Below the pieces are notes generated by a model. The model was not told where the DNA came from. It saw only the letters and a list, made by a program, of their open reading frames with translations, and did no database searches. Made by a program: the position numbers and the translations under genes. 64,000 bases of DNA, taken from assembly GCA_002483085.1 (NCBI GenBank), contig DLHF01000080.1, positions 223-64,222 of the forward strand. Direction: 5' to 3'. How positions within the stretch are numbered: position 1 is the first letter of the stretch; the number at the start of each line of letters is the position of its first letter. The DNA is from Ignavibacteria bacterium UBA7675. GTDB lineage: Bacteria; Bacteroidota; Ignavibacteria; Kapaibacteriales; UB7675. This document shows positions 28,542 to 39,014 of the stretch, piece after piece.

Positions 28542-29348
28542 ATGCACTATGTATTTCTATTGCTCTGCTCTGTGCTCCTTTGTGCTCCCGCTGTAGTAGC
28601 TGCCCGCTCTGGGGCTGAAGCGCCAGAACATTTTTCGCATACAGTGTTCGATTCGCTTCTGCAATTGCATGTAGGTGGCGCGAAAGTGTATTACGAGGGA
28701 TTTAATACGCCTGTATTCTTGGCGTACCGAAACCGGCTCGCTTCTGCGCGCCCGGCGGCGTGGAGCCGCGATGAACAAATGGCGTTCTGGCTTAATGCCT
28801 ACAACGCTTCTGCAATTGCTGCTGTGCTTGCCCGGCCCGGCTTGCGTGTGATCAGCAATGCCGATGGATTTTTCAACCAAGATTCCTTTGCTGTTGCCGG
28901 GGCGTACTACACGATCAGCCGTATCCTGGATGAGCTGCGCGCTTTTGGTGAACCGCTTGTACATTTTGGCGCCTCCTGTGGTGCTGCGGGTGCTCCGCGT
29001 TTGCACAATCGCGCTTATCGTGCGGCTACAGTGCTGAAAACTCTGCGCGACAATGCCCGCAAGTTTGTGAGCGGCGAAAATGGCGCTGTGCTGGATGTCG
29101 GTGCTAATGTGCTGATGCTGCCCGCGCTGTTTGAGCACTACCGTATCGACTTCGAGCGCTCCGGGCGGACGCTGCTCAGCGCGATTGTGCCCTATGTGCG
29201 CGAAACAGAGGCGGCGTATATTGCTGTGCATCGCAGCGATATCATTGTGCGCTTCTTGCCGTTCGACTGGAAGCTCGCTGCCAGAATTGCAGAGACGGGA
29301 AAGGAAACCACAAAGCCGTATAACAAGCCCAAAAAAACGAAAAAATAA
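28542..29348 (+). CDS. DUF547 domain protein (exported)
   Basis: EQMAFWLNAYNA, PLVHFGASCGAAGAPRL, FDWKL; signal peptide. Confidence 0.85.
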   Translation: MHYVFLLLCSVLLCAPAVVAARSGAEAPEHFSHTVFDSLLQLHVGGAKVYYEGFNTPVFLAYRNRLASARPAAWSRDEQMAFWLNAYNASAIAAVLARPGLRVISNADGFFNQDSFAVAGAYYTISRILDELRAFGEPLVHFGASCGAAGAPRLHNRAYRAATVLKTLRDNARKFVSGENGAVLDVGANVLMLPALFEHYRIDFERSGRTLLSAIVPYVRETEAAYIAVHRSDIIVRFLPFDWKLAARIAETGKETTKPYNKPKKTKK

Positions 29349-29396
29349 GCGTGTATGCACGGCGGAAATGGTCGGACGAACACTTTTACGATTGGT

Positions 29397-31208
29397 TTAT
29401 TTTGCGACGACGATAGTAGTTGTTGCTGTTGTGCTGCCATACACGACTACAGCCCGGTATATTCCCGCTGCGAGGTTGCGTACATCAATTGTGCATTCGC
29501 TGCGCCGACCTATATCGGATGGCGTGAATTGTTCGCAGGCAACCGAGATGCCGAGCTGTGAAACAAGGGTGCAGGTAGCCGGGGCGTTGTCGCTGCCGAA
29601 TATATCAAGCTGGAGTGTCGCAAATTCTGATGCGGGATTGGGGCGGGGTTTGTGGAGCAACAAAGGCGAACTGCCCCTTTCCTGAAGCAGGATGGGCGGG
29701 CTACACGGAGCATATACTGTATCGCTAAAGATTGTGCCGCCTGCTGCTACTTGCAAGGGCAGGCAAAAGCCATCAATCACAATCTGGTCGGTGAAAGAGC
29801 CGCTGTGCGACGGAGAACAACATACTGTAAAAGTCGAAGTGCCGCCTGCGGGTATCTCAATCGGAAATTGATTTATAGGAACGGAAATATTGATGTTTGC
29901 TTCGGCATAGGCCCATGAAATATGCCGTACCGTACTTTCTGGATTGGTGAGTACGATGTCTATACATTCCACCGAACCTGTTGGAATCGCCTCGATTACA
30001 AGATGATCCGGCTGGAAATAGTCGGAGAGATTCTGGCCAAATACGATAGTGAACACCTGCGATGTCTCTGTGCAGCCTAATGTCGTGGTAGTCACTGATA
30101 GAGTTGTAGGTGAGGTGACACGTACAATTTGTGTGGTTGAACCATCGGACCACAGGTAGGAGTTATAACCGGGACCGGCATCTAGCACAATGGTATCGCC
30201 GGGGCAGCCTGTTTCTGTCGACGACAGATCGACGTGCAGCCGTTGTACAGTCACTGTGATAGTATCTTCTATGGTACAGCCGTCGGTGCCTGTGATCTCC
30301 ACTGTATAGGTAGTTGTCTGTTCGGGAGCTGCTGTTGGCGTTGGGCAGTTGCTACAGCTCAGCCCATTCGTCGGTGTCCACCGATAGGTGAATCCCGGTT
30401 GTGTGCGAAGAACAACGCTCTGTCCGCACTTGATTGTTGTATCGGGGAATGGTGGCACGGGGGCAGGAGCGCGATAGTTGTACAATTCCCCGACCTCAGT
30501 TGGGGAGAGCGGGCGATTATAAATTCGCACTTCATCGAGAATACCGCGAAAATCGGGATCGGCGCTGCACCAGTTCGAGCGCGCGATAAAGTTCGATTGT
30601 CGCTGTACATTCAGAACGCGATGCCCATTCTTTTCGGCGAGCAGCACACCATCCACATAGAGCCGCATTACACCTTGCGGACTGATAGTGGCACAGTAGA
30701 AGTGCATACTGCCATTTACAATGCCATCGCTCACAGCAAGACGCCCGGCACTCCGATTAACTACTGTATTCGCATCTATCCAGCTTTCGATGGCCAGAGT
30801 CGTACTCGCTCCCACACGTCCGAACCAGACAGGCACTCCTCCGGCATCGCCGCTGCCATTGCCAAAGTCGATAATGCGCTCAAAATTCCTGTTCTCCTCG
30901 AACTGCGCCCAGGCGCTTACGCTGAAGCCTTCTTCCCACAGGGGTGGCAGTGTTGGCACGACAATATAGTCGCCGCCGGGCCTGTTGCAGTCATTGATTT
31001 CATCGACAGTATTGAACTTCAGAGCTTTACCTGCAACACCGCCATCCACGCAGCGCGGATTACTCCTCACCACGCCATCATAGCCATTACCGCTATTGTC
31101 GGCGGCATTGCACGAGCAAAAGCTCCACCATGCAACAAGGCCGCTGTCGATACGGGCAAAAGCCGAACTATGAACACATAGGAAGAGAAAAGGAAGGAGA
31201 AAACGCAT
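29397..31208 (-). CDS. LamG-like jellyroll domain protein with T9SS CTD
   Basis: GLVAWWSF...D.SGNG, FRGILDEVRIYNRPLS, YRWTPTNGLSCSNCPTP, C-terminal PNPA...LAAGIY. Confidence 0.85.
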   Translation of the reverse strand: MRFLLPFLFLCVHSSAFARIDSGLVAWWSFCSCNAADNSGNGYDGVVRSNPRCVDGGVAGKALKFNTVDEINDCNRPGGDYIVVPTLPPLWEEGFSVSAWAQFEENRNFERIIDFGNGSGDAGGVPVWFGRVGASTTLAIESWIDANTVVNRSAGRLAVSDGIVNGSMHFYCATISPQGVMRLYVDGVLLAEKNGHRVLNVQRQSNFIARSNWCSADPDFRGILDEVRIYNRPLSPTEVGELYNYRAPAPVPPFPDTTIKCGQSVVLRTQPGFTYRWTPTNGLSCSNCPTPTAAPEQTTTYTVEITGTDGCTIEDTITVTVQRLHVDLSSTETGCPGDTIVLDAGPGYNSYLWSDGSTTQIVRVTSPTTLSVTTTTLGCTETSQVFTIVFGQNLSDYFQPDHLVIEAIPTGSVECIDIVLTNPESTVRHISWAYAEANINISVPINQFPIEIPAGGTSTFTVCCSPSHSGSFTDQIVIDGFCLPLQVAAGGTIFSDTVYAPCSPPILLQERGSSPLLLHKPRPNPASEFATLQLDIFGSDNAPATCTLVSQLGISVACEQFTPSDIGRRSECTIDVRNLAAGIYRAVVVYGSTTATTTIVVAK

Positions 31209-31265
31209 GATACCTCTCCGCGATATAATCAGTTCCGTGTATAGTCAGGATGGTAAAAGTGAAGC

Positions 31266-32018
31266 CTACGCGTATGTATTGATAAACGTTCCTCGCTCTT
31301 TGTAAGAGGATTGGCCGGGCGAATTGGTTGCCGAATACGGGTTAATCTGCTGTCGGGTCGGGGAATCAATACTTCCTTCCGCACTTTTTTCTGTGTCCTC
31401 TTCGGTAGCTTCACTTGTGTCTTTGTCGGTAGCTTCGCTTGGGATGACCCGTCCGGCAACGCCGATAGCTTGTTGTTCCTCTTCTTCCGGTTTGAGAAGT
31501 TCGGCGCGTGCTTCGGCTTCAGTGCGGCTGGCTTGTGCTGCCACCGAGCGATCTTGGGACGAAGGATCGGACGGGGCGCTGGCTGCAGCACGCACACGCT
31601 GCATTCTGGCTATTGTTGCTTGTGGGTTATTGGGAACGGCTGATGTATCAATCTGCACTTCGCCTGCTACTGCATACTGGTTGCCGTCTGGTCCCTGCTT
31701 GTAGGTAAACGACTTGCCACGTGCAAGACTTCCTGCGGCGGCTTGATGAGCAGCTTCGTGCTGCCGTACATGTGAGTCTACACGCTTCAGCTCTGCTACT
31801 TCTTGCCGCTCTTCGTCGGTGAGTTCGCGTTTCCCGCCAACGGTTGTTTTTTTCTTGGAGTCCTCGCTGGCTGCTGTTTCGCCTGTGTCGGCACTGGTGC
31901 GCTGCTGTGCAGCAGTATTGATGCCATCTGCTCCGCTAGGAGCCGAACGGCGAGATGCTTTCTCCAAAGGGGCTGAAGAAAACCGAGCGGACGAGGATGA
32001 AGCTACAGCGTTGATCAT
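31266..32018 (-). CDS. SprA-related family protein (putative metalloprotease, HExxH)
   Basis: LKRVDSHVRQHEAAH, YKQGPDGNQYAVAGEVQID, AASAPSDPSSQDRSVA. Confidence 0.85.
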   Translation of the reverse strand: MINAVASSSSARFSSAPLEKASRRSAPSGADGINTAAQQRTSADTGETAASEDSKKKTTVGGKRELTDEERQEVAELKRVDSHVRQHEAAHQAAAGSLARGKSFTYKQGPDGNQYAVAGEVQIDTSAVPNNPQATIARMQRVRAAASAPSDPSSQDRSVAAQASRTEAEARAELLKPEEEEQQAIGVAGRVIPSEATDKDTSEATEEDTEKSAEGSIDSPTRQQINPYSATNSPGQSSYKERGTFINTYA

Positions 32019-32199
32019 GGTGCAGAACTTACAAAATTTTGTGCTATAGCAAAAGGAGAATAACGCCTTGTTTTGTAGTGCTGGTTTGCGGTGGTTCTAT
32101 CTGCTGCCGAGCGGTGCCGGGGCGCGGGATCAGGCCGGGGTAAACGATAAAAAAGTTATATTGGTGTTCCCAGTGGTACTGCGGTGAACGAGCGCGCTG

Positions 32200-32245
32200 G
32201 GCAGCGGCGGTCGATGCGACCGGTGACGAAGACGAATGCCCGACC
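32200..32245 (+). repeat. Dispersed intergenic repeat, partial module C
   Basis: gcagcgg...tgcgaccggtgacgaagac...gcccg. Confidence 0.55.
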
Positions 32246-32296
32246 GAAGACCGAAGAGCCCAACTTCTCTTACGAATATTATTAGACATAGGCGTT

Positions 32297-33310
32297 ATGA
32301 GAGCATTAGTGCTGAATGAGGCGGCAGAGCACCGCCTTCGCATAGAAAATATAGAACTTCCCAAGCTTTCCGATGGCGAGGCGTTGGTGCGTATCAAAGC
32401 CGCTGCGCTGAACCACCGCGACGAGTGGATACGCGAGGGAAAATATGCAAAAATCAAGTACCCGAGCGTGCTGGGCTCTGATGGGTGTGGCGTTGTCGAG
32501 GAAATTACCGGAGCCGACCAGTCGCTGTGGGGGCAGGAGGTCATTATGAATCCCAATATCAACTGGGGTTCCAGCGAACTCGCCCAGTCGGCAGATTACG
32601 AAGTATATGGCATGCCCGCGTGGGGCACTTTTGCTGAATACACTGTTGTTCCGGCGCACCGCTTACATCCCCGGCCAGCACATCTCACCGCTGTACAGGC
32701 TGCTGCATTGCCGCTTGCCGGTATGACTGCTTGGCGGGCAGCAATGGCTCAGGGCGAAGTTGCACCGGGGCAGAATGTGCTTATCACGGGAATTGGCGGC
32801 GGAGTAGCACAGTTTGCTTTTGAGTTTTCGCAAACCGTTGGCGCACAGGTCTATGTAACATCTGGCAGCGCCGATAAGCTGCAACGCGCTGTGGAAATGG
32901 GCGCAGCAGGCGAGGCCAACTATACTATGGAAAATTGGCACAAACAGTTGAACATGGTAAGCGGCGGTTTTGATGTGATCATCGACGGTGCAGCCGGCGA
33001 CCAGATGAACGTCTTGCTCGATCTTTTGCGACCGGGCGGGCGCCTGATAAGCTATGGTGCAACGCTTGGGCGACCAGAATTTTTGAACGTGTATAAAATT
33101 TACTGGAAGCAACTGCGCTTGCAGGGGACAACAATGGGCAGCGACAAGGACTTTTCCGATATGCTTGAGTTCATCAACGAGCACAAGATGCTGCCGATTG
33201 TTGACAGTGTGTATCCGTTCGAAGCTATTGGCGATGCCTTTGCCCGTATGCAGCAGGGCGAACAGTTCGGTAAGATTGTTGTGTCGATGGACGGCACAGA
33301 GCAGCACTGA
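32297..33310 (+). CDS. MDR-family NAD(P)H:quinone oxidoreductase / zinc-binding dehydrogenase family
   Basis: AAALNHRD, GSDGCG, TGIGGGVA, GTTMGS, QFGKIV. Confidence 0.9.
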   Translation: MRALVLNEAAEHRLRIENIELPKLSDGEALVRIKAAALNHRDEWIREGKYAKIKYPSVLGSDGCGVVEEITGADQSLWGQEVIMNPNINWGSSELAQSADYEVYGMPAWGTFAEYTVVPAHRLHPRPAHLTAVQAAALPLAGMTAWRAAMAQGEVAPGQNVLITGIGGGVAQFAFEFSQTVGAQVYVTSGSADKLQRAVEMGAAGEANYTMENWHKQLNMVSGGFDVIIDGAAGDQMNVLLDLLRPGGRLISYGATLGRPEFLNVYKIYWKQLRLQGTTMGSDKDFSDMLEFINEHKMLPIVDSVYPFEAIGDAFARMQQGEQFGKIVVSMDGTEQH

Positions 33311-33331
33311 TATTTATTCTCTTCTATCCGC

Positions 33332-34819
33332 ATGTTTCTTCCTTCGCTTCTCGGCCATACAGCCGAACTACTTCGCATTATCAGAAAGTCGCCACAACCG
33401 GCAGACTCTCTGGCATCAGAATATTTTCGCTCTAAAAAATACATCGGCTCGAAGGAGCGACGGTTTATTTCCGAACTCGTTTTTGCGTCTCTTCGTACCT
33501 TCTCGGCATGCAGCCATTGCGCCGAAACTGCTACGGCACTTGTTGGCGAGCCTGTTGTTGCAATAACCGGAAAAAAGCCCGTGGATGCGGCGATGGTGGG
33601 AACCGTAGCCACTGCGTGCATACTGGCGGAATTTCTCGGCTCGATGAACAGTAAAGAGGCGATAGCAGCACTGCCGGGGACTGTGGTGGAAGAAGGCTCT
33701 GTGCCGTATCTCGCTGGCGAGGCATGGGCTCAAGCTACGGGGCATACAGCCGAGCAGGGCAGGAAGTGGGCCGATCATATTTTTGCCGCATGGGAACACC
33801 TTGCAACTACTTGTGAAGATATTCTCCAGCGCGGCCCGGACGGCAGCGACGAGCTCGACCTGCTCGGCGTGCGATACTGTGTGCAGCCCTGGATGCTCAA
33901 AGCGTGGAAGGACGACCTGTTTCACACAAGATCGTGGCGCGATGTTGCCAGCCTCGCTCTGTCGCTGTTGCCCTCGGCGCCGCTGAACTTGCGGGTACAG
34001 ACCATGCTGATGGTGCGCGACGAAGCGGTAAAGAGGTTGTGCGAGCAGGGAGTAGACGCTGTGCCCGGCACTATTTCGCCTGCGGCGATTATCTGCCGCA
34101 AGCGTGTGGATTTGCGTAGCCTCGATGTCGTAACCAGCGGGATTGTAGAAGTGCAAGACGAGGCCAGCCAGCTCGTGGCTTATGGGCTTGCGCCGGAGGA
34201 ACACTGGACAGTATTAGACGCATGCGCTGGTGCTGGTGGGAAATCGCTGCATATCGCTGTGCTCAAACGCGACAATGGCGAGGTTGTTGCTGCCGATATC
34301 GAATTCCGGCGGTTGAAAGAAGTTGCTTTCAGGGCGCGCCGAGCGGGTTTGTCGTCGATACGCACTGTGCCAATTGGCCGGGGAACCCGCCCGGGTGAAC
34401 TGCCGCGCGAGCTGGAGCGCTACCGCAATCGCTGTGATGCCGTTGTGGTGGATGCGCCCTGCTCCGGTATGGGCACTGTGCGCCGTATGCCTCTGCCCAA
34501 GTGGCGGCTTACTCCCGAACTGCTTGCGCGGCACGCTGCCAAGCAACGCAGTGTGCTGGCCGCCTATGCCCCGTGTGTGCGCCCGGGTGGAGTGCTGCTG
34601 TATTCTACTTGCTCTGTGATGCCACAGGAGAACGACGAAGTTGTAGAAGCATTTCTGGCCGATCATCCAGAGTTTGAGCCCGAGCCATTAGCTACTGCAT
34701 TTGCAGCGTATGGTGTGGAAGTGCCCGGACTGGCAAGCGACCGCGCAACTCTTACACTGACTCCCGCTGAACACGGCACTGATGGTTTTTTTCTGGCCCG
34801 CATGAGAAGGCGGGAGTAG
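33332..34819 (+). CDS. RsmB/NOP family m5C RNA methyltransferase
   Basis: VQDEASQL, DACAGAGGKS, DAPCSG, YSTCS, DGFF. Confidence 0.92.
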   Translation: MFLPSLLGHTAELLRIIRKSPQPADSLASEYFRSKKYIGSKERRFISELVFASLRTFSACSHCAETATALVGEPVVAITGKKPVDAAMVGTVATACILAEFLGSMNSKEAIAALPGTVVEEGSVPYLAGEAWAQATGHTAEQGRKWADHIFAAWEHLATTCEDILQRGPDGSDELDLLGVRYCVQPWMLKAWKDDLFHTRSWRDVASLALSLLPSAPLNLRVQTMLMVRDEAVKRLCEQGVDAVPGTISPAAIICRKRVDLRSLDVVTSGIVEVQDEASQLVAYGLAPEEHWTVLDACAGAGGKSLHIAVLKRDNGEVVAADIEFRRLKEVAFRARRAGLSSIRTVPIGRGTRPGELPRELERYRNRCDAVVVDAPCSGMGTVRRMPLPKWRLTPELLARHAAKQRSVLAAYAPCVRPGGVLLYSTCSVMPQENDEVVEAFLADHPEFEPEPLATAFAAYGVEVPGLASDRATLTLTPAEHGTDGFFLARMRRRE

Positions 34820-34852
34820 AAGCGTTCGCAAGCGCAGATCACGTTTTCTTTT

Positions 34853-35127
34853 GCGCTTCTGCCTCTGGTCGCGCTTTTGGTCGCTGCACCGCGCAGCACA
34901 TCTGCCTCGTGGTTGCTATGCCGCTATTCGCGTTTGGCAGGGTGCACAGACTAGTAAGAGCCACAGGAATGCCCGATGTACTGGTAGCCTAGCAGGTATC
35001 CACCTGCTTTGCCCACTTCTCTGATGTAGTCTTTGGGCAATTGGCGCATGGCTTTCGACCAGAGACGCAGCGGATTGTGCGACCGGTGACAGCGACAGGA
35101 CGGGCGATGCAGCGCTGCCCGTGCCAC
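34853..35127 (+). repeat. Dispersed intergenic repeat, modules A...C
   Basis: gcgcttctgcctctg...tgcaccgcgcagcacatctgcctcgtgg ... cgcagcggattgtgcgaccggtgacagcgac...gcccgtgccac. Confidence 0.85.
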
Positions 35128-35488
35128 AGCATTATACTACGAGGGGTGCTCCAGATTTTAGCTCAGAAACGCCATTTTTCATGAGTAAAAGGCGTTTGTT
35201 GCCGTCGTCCTACACCTCTTTTTGCGGCAGATGTTGCGCTCTCAATGTTTCTGCTTCGTACTATAGGAGAACGTCCGACGCCAAAATCAGCCAAACTCCC
35301 ATAGCTATTACCACTGCGAAATTGTAATTTCCAAACGCTTGTGCCGGGGATTTTCTCCGCATTTCCGATAGTCGCTTTCTGTCGCGGGCTGTTCCGTCCT
35401 ATGTGGCGAATTGCGAATATCTCGGTTCATCCGATTGCTGTGCAAACACGACTGGCACATGCACGGTCATTTGATAGGTTATGATGGG

Positions 35489-35521
35489 GGCCGCACTATC
35501 ACCGGGATAGTGCGGCTTTTT
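35489..35521 (+). terminator. Rho-independent terminator with no adjacent upstream CDS
   Basis: gccgcactatc-accgg-gatagtgcggc-tttttt. Confidence 0.8.
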
Positions 35522-35708
35522 ATACACCGGCACAGAGCTGTACATCGCACGACCGAAGTTCGCCAGCCCATCCCATAAAGATCCGCAGGACAGCCACCAA
35601 CGCCCTTCCTACAAAAAAAATAACTGAAACATTTGTACTGCTTACGCGTCTGTTGGCTGCGAATTTTAAAACGAACATTTGCCCGTGTGGGCAGTAGGAT
35701 GAGTAGGT

Positions 35709-38012
35709 ATGAACCGATTAATAACAGCTTATATGCTGGTGTGTTGTGCTGTGTTTTTTCTTCCATCGCCGGGTAAGTCCGCCACGTTGACAATGATTCC
35801 CGACCCGCAGGGCACTGCTTCTATAAGCGGGTATGTTGTAGACAGCACAACAAAGGAAACGCTGATTTCTGCAACTGTAAGCATAAAAGGGACAAAGCTC
35901 GGTGCTTTTACCAACAAAAGTGGTTTCTACTCAGTAAAAAGCATTCCGGCTGGCAAGCAGACAGTTGTCATCAGTATGGTCGGGTACAGCCGAAAAGAAG
36001 TGACGTTGACATTTGGCGAAAAAGAGTCAAAGACCATCACCTTCAGTATGCAGCCGCAGGACATGCAGACCGAAGGAGTAGTGGTAGAGGGCGACCGCGA
36101 CATCGAAAAGCGCGAAATCACTATTAGCAAGGTCAATATTCCCATCGAGCAGTTGAGCCAGCTTCGCATCGGCGGGGAGTCTGATATTTTTCGCTCGTTG
36201 CAATACCTGCCTGGTATTCTTACCTCGTCGCAGATTTCGAGTGGCCTGTATGTGCGTGGTGGCTCGCCGGACCAAAACCTCGTGCTTATCGACGGTTCTA
36301 CGGTGTACAACCCTTCGCACCTGTTCGGATTTATTTCCGCATTTAACACCGATGCTATCAAAGATGTAGAGCTGATCAAAGGCGGCTTTCCGGCGGAGTA
36401 CGGCGGCAGGCTTTCCAGTGTCCTGACGCTTACCCAAAAGGACGGCAATCAGAACGAGTTTGAAGGAGTGGCTTCGCTTGGAGCTATTTCCTCGCGTCTC
36501 TCGCTGGAAGGACCTATTGGCGATGGCTCGTGGTTCATAGGCGGGCGCCGCACCTATCTCGACCTTATCATAGGGCTGCTGCCTGATGACCCGGAAAATC
36601 CCTTGCCTAATTTTGCATTCTACGACCTCAACGCCAAGATATCGCAGAACTTGGGATCGAATGATAAAATATTTATCAGCGGTTTTATGAGCGACGACGA
36701 TCTCTCGCTCAAGGGCACAGGTGTAGAGTTCAATGTCGGGCTTGGCAATAGGACAGGAGCTGCCCGCTGGACGCATATTTTTTCGGAAGACCTCTTTTCC
36801 GTCGTTAACCTCAGTGCCAGCCGGTATAAAAACGGATTTGATGCCAACAACGCGGGGTTTGAAGTAGAAGCCTCAAACTCTATTCTCGATTACACACTCA
36901 AGGCCAACCTCGAATGGTTTGCCTCTGATGTTTTGACTGTAAAGGGCGGTACGGAGATCAACCGGTTTACCTTTAACTACTACCAGAACTTTACAGGCGA
37001 TAGAGATTCTACCTCGCCGACAGGCTCGACAGGGCGTGGCACAACGAATTTAGAGATCAACGACTGGACCTATTCTCTTTTTGCCCAGGGCAACTACCAG
37101 TTCTCCGATCTCGTGTCGATGCAAGCTGGTTTGCGCGGCGACTACTGGAAATTGAGCGAAATAGGTACTGTCGACCCTCGCCTGGCTTTGCGCTACCAGT
37201 GGCAGCCCGATGTCGCTTTTAAAGCGGCGTGGGGCATATACCACCAGTATTTGCGCTTGGCTTCCAACCCCGATTTTTCTTTCTTTGATACATGGCTGCC
37301 TACCGATTCTACTGTACAGCCCAGCCGGGCATCGCACTATATCTTTAGTGTAGAAACCATGCCCTTTGACGGTTATGATTTCAATGTAGACCTGTATTAC
37401 AAAGATTTGACAAACATCAGCGAGCTCAACCGCTTTTCGACAAACGCAGCCAATGTGACGGATGTATTCTTTAGCGGCAATGGCGAGGCATACGGCGTAG
37501 AGTTTTTTCTGCAAAAGAAAAAGGGCAGGCTCACCGGCTGGCTGGGCTATGCTCTTGGCTGGGTGTATTCTACGTTCGACAGCATCAACGGCGGCGCGCG
37601 ATTCCGCCCGAAATACGACAGGCTGCACGACTTCAAGGCGGTGGCTTTATACCGCCTGAACGACACTTGGGAGATTGGCGCTTCCTTTTCCTTCCAGAGC
37701 GGGCAGTCGTACACAGCTATGACATCGTGGTACCAGACATCGCTGCCCGGCGAGAGCACAGACGCAGGGCTTTCGGTGCCCGGCCAGCGTTATGGCTACC
37801 GCCTGCCTCCTTCGCACCAGCTCAACCTGAATGTGAACTACAATTTTACAGTTTTCGACTTGCCAGCGCGCTTGCTGCTAGATATCTACAATGTGTATTC
37901 GCGCCGGGATATATGGTTCCGGTACTACGACACAACAAAAGAACGGCCTACGGTGACGGATGTGCGGCTTTTGCCAATTCTTCCCACTGTTTCATTCGAA
38001 GTGAAATTTTAA
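35709..38012 (+). CDS. TonB-dependent receptor (CarboxypepD_reg-like N-domain, plug, barrel)
   Basis: ISGYVVDS...ETL; YVRGGSPDQNLVLIDG..VYNPSHLFG; KGGFPAEYGGRLSSV; C-terminal Phe. Confidence 0.93.
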   Translation: MNRLITAYMLVCCAVFFLPSPGKSATLTMIPDPQGTASISGYVVDSTTKETLISATVSIKGTKLGAFTNKSGFYSVKSIPAGKQTVVISMVGYSRKEVTLTFGEKESKTITFSMQPQDMQTEGVVVEGDRDIEKREITISKVNIPIEQLSQLRIGGESDIFRSLQYLPGILTSSQISSGLYVRGGSPDQNLVLIDGSTVYNPSHLFGFISAFNTDAIKDVELIKGGFPAEYGGRLSSVLTLTQKDGNQNEFEGVASLGAISSRLSLEGPIGDGSWFIGGRRTYLDLIIGLLPDDPENPLPNFAFYDLNAKISQNLGSNDKIFISGFMSDDDLSLKGTGVEFNVGLGNRTGAARWTHIFSEDLFSVVNLSASRYKNGFDANNAGFEVEASNSILDYTLKANLEWFASDVLTVKGGTEINRFTFNYYQNFTGDRDSTSPTGSTGRGTTNLEINDWTYSLFAQGNYQFSDLVSMQAGLRGDYWKLSEIGTVDPRLALRYQWQPDVAFKAAWGIYHQYLRLASNPDFSFFDTWLPTDSTVQPSRASHYIFSVETMPFDGYDFNVDLYYKDLTNISELNRFSTNAANVTDVFFSGNGEAYGVEFFLQKKKGRLTGWLGYALGWVYSTFDSINGGARFRPKYDRLHDFKAVALYRLNDTWEIGASFSFQSGQSYTAMTSWYQTSLPGESTDAGLSVPGQRYGYRLPPSHQLNLNVNYNFTVFDLPARLLLDIYNVYSRRDIWFRYYDTTKERPTVTDVRLLPILPTVSFEVKF

Positions 38013-38084
38013 TACGTACATTGCGGACCGTGTTGTACAGAGCGAACTACAGTGTTTGCCACGGCTCCGAGGAGAAAATAGACT

Positions 38085-38969
38085 ATGAAAAAAATACATC
38101 TTTTGTTTGTGGTGGCGCTGCTGGCCGGACTGAGCGCCTGTGAGGATCCTGTGCCCAGCGATTATCTTCAGCAAAACGGGGTAGAGGCAATCCTTATCGT
38201 AGGAGAACCGATTCAAGAAATAAGGCTGATGCGCAGCCAGGACGTGAAGGATACATTTTCTATAACAGCGGCATTTATCAAAGACGCCGATGTGAAAATC
38301 CTGACCGATAGCGACACACTACAGCTTCTGTATCGCGAAACAGAGAAGGGGTCTGAATACTGGTATCCGGGCAAGGACACGCTGTACAAAGTACAGCCTA
38401 ACACGACGTATCGCCTGCGTATACGGTTGGCCGGTGGTGGGCTGATCACAGGGACAACGACCACGCCGGGGCAAATTAGCTATACGCGTGTCATCCCCGA
38501 TACATTGGAATATCCCAAAGACACGACGAACCTTACGACCGATGAAAAGCTGCGCCTGTCCTGGACGCCGCTGCCGGGAATAAACGAGTATATTCTGCGG
38601 GTGTCGGCTCTGGACACTTTGGAGTACGGAAAATATTTGAACCCGCCTACAGAGGAAAAAAACCGGAGAATTGAGCGTTTCTGGGAAGAGAATGCGCCGA
38701 AGTACGACGATATTACCCGCTGGGCATATATTCCGGCTACTAATATTCCCGGTTCTTGGAATGCGTTCAAGTGGTTTGGTGTGCAGGAAGTTTCGGTGTT
38801 TGCTCCCGATCCGAATTTTACCAAATGGTTCAAGCAGATACGCTTCGGTGGTGCCAGCCCTACCTACAACGCATTGCTCGGCAGTGTGCAGGGCGAATCG
38901 GCTGTTGGTGTTTTTGCCTCTGCTTCGGTTACATCGGATACGACCTTTGTAATAAAAAATCAACCGTAA
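38085..38969 (+). CDS. DUF4249-like lipoprotein partner of the TonB-dependent receptor
   Basis: Lipobox LSAC; C-terminal AVGVFAS; directly downstream of the receptor. Confidence 0.75.
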   Translation: MKKIHLLFVVALLAGLSACEDPVPSDYLQQNGVEAILIVGEPIQEIRLMRSQDVKDTFSITAAFIKDADVKILTDSDTLQLLYRETEKGSEYWYPGKDTLYKVQPNTTYRLRIRLAGGGLITGTTTTPGQISYTRVIPDTLEYPKDTTNLTTDEKLRLSWTPLPGINEYILRVSALDTLEYGKYLNPPTEEKNRRIERFWEENAPKYDDITRWAYIPATNIPGSWNAFKWFGVQEVSVFAPDPNFTKWFKQIRFGGASPTYNALLGSVQGESAVGVFASASVTSDTTFVIKNQP

Positions 38970-38972
38970 AGC

Positions 38973-39012
38973 AAAAGAGCCGGGGGGCAGATATTTCGTC
39001 CCTCGGCTTTAT
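38973..39012. terminator. Bidirectional terminator
   Basis: aagagccggggggc...gtccctcggcttt between convergent genes. Confidence 0.6.
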
Positions 39013-39014
39013 TC

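Noticed and set aside
35340..35700. Cobalamin or TPP riboswitch upstream of the TonB receptor
   Set aside because: I could not find the characteristic conserved boxes; only a terminator hairpin is supported.
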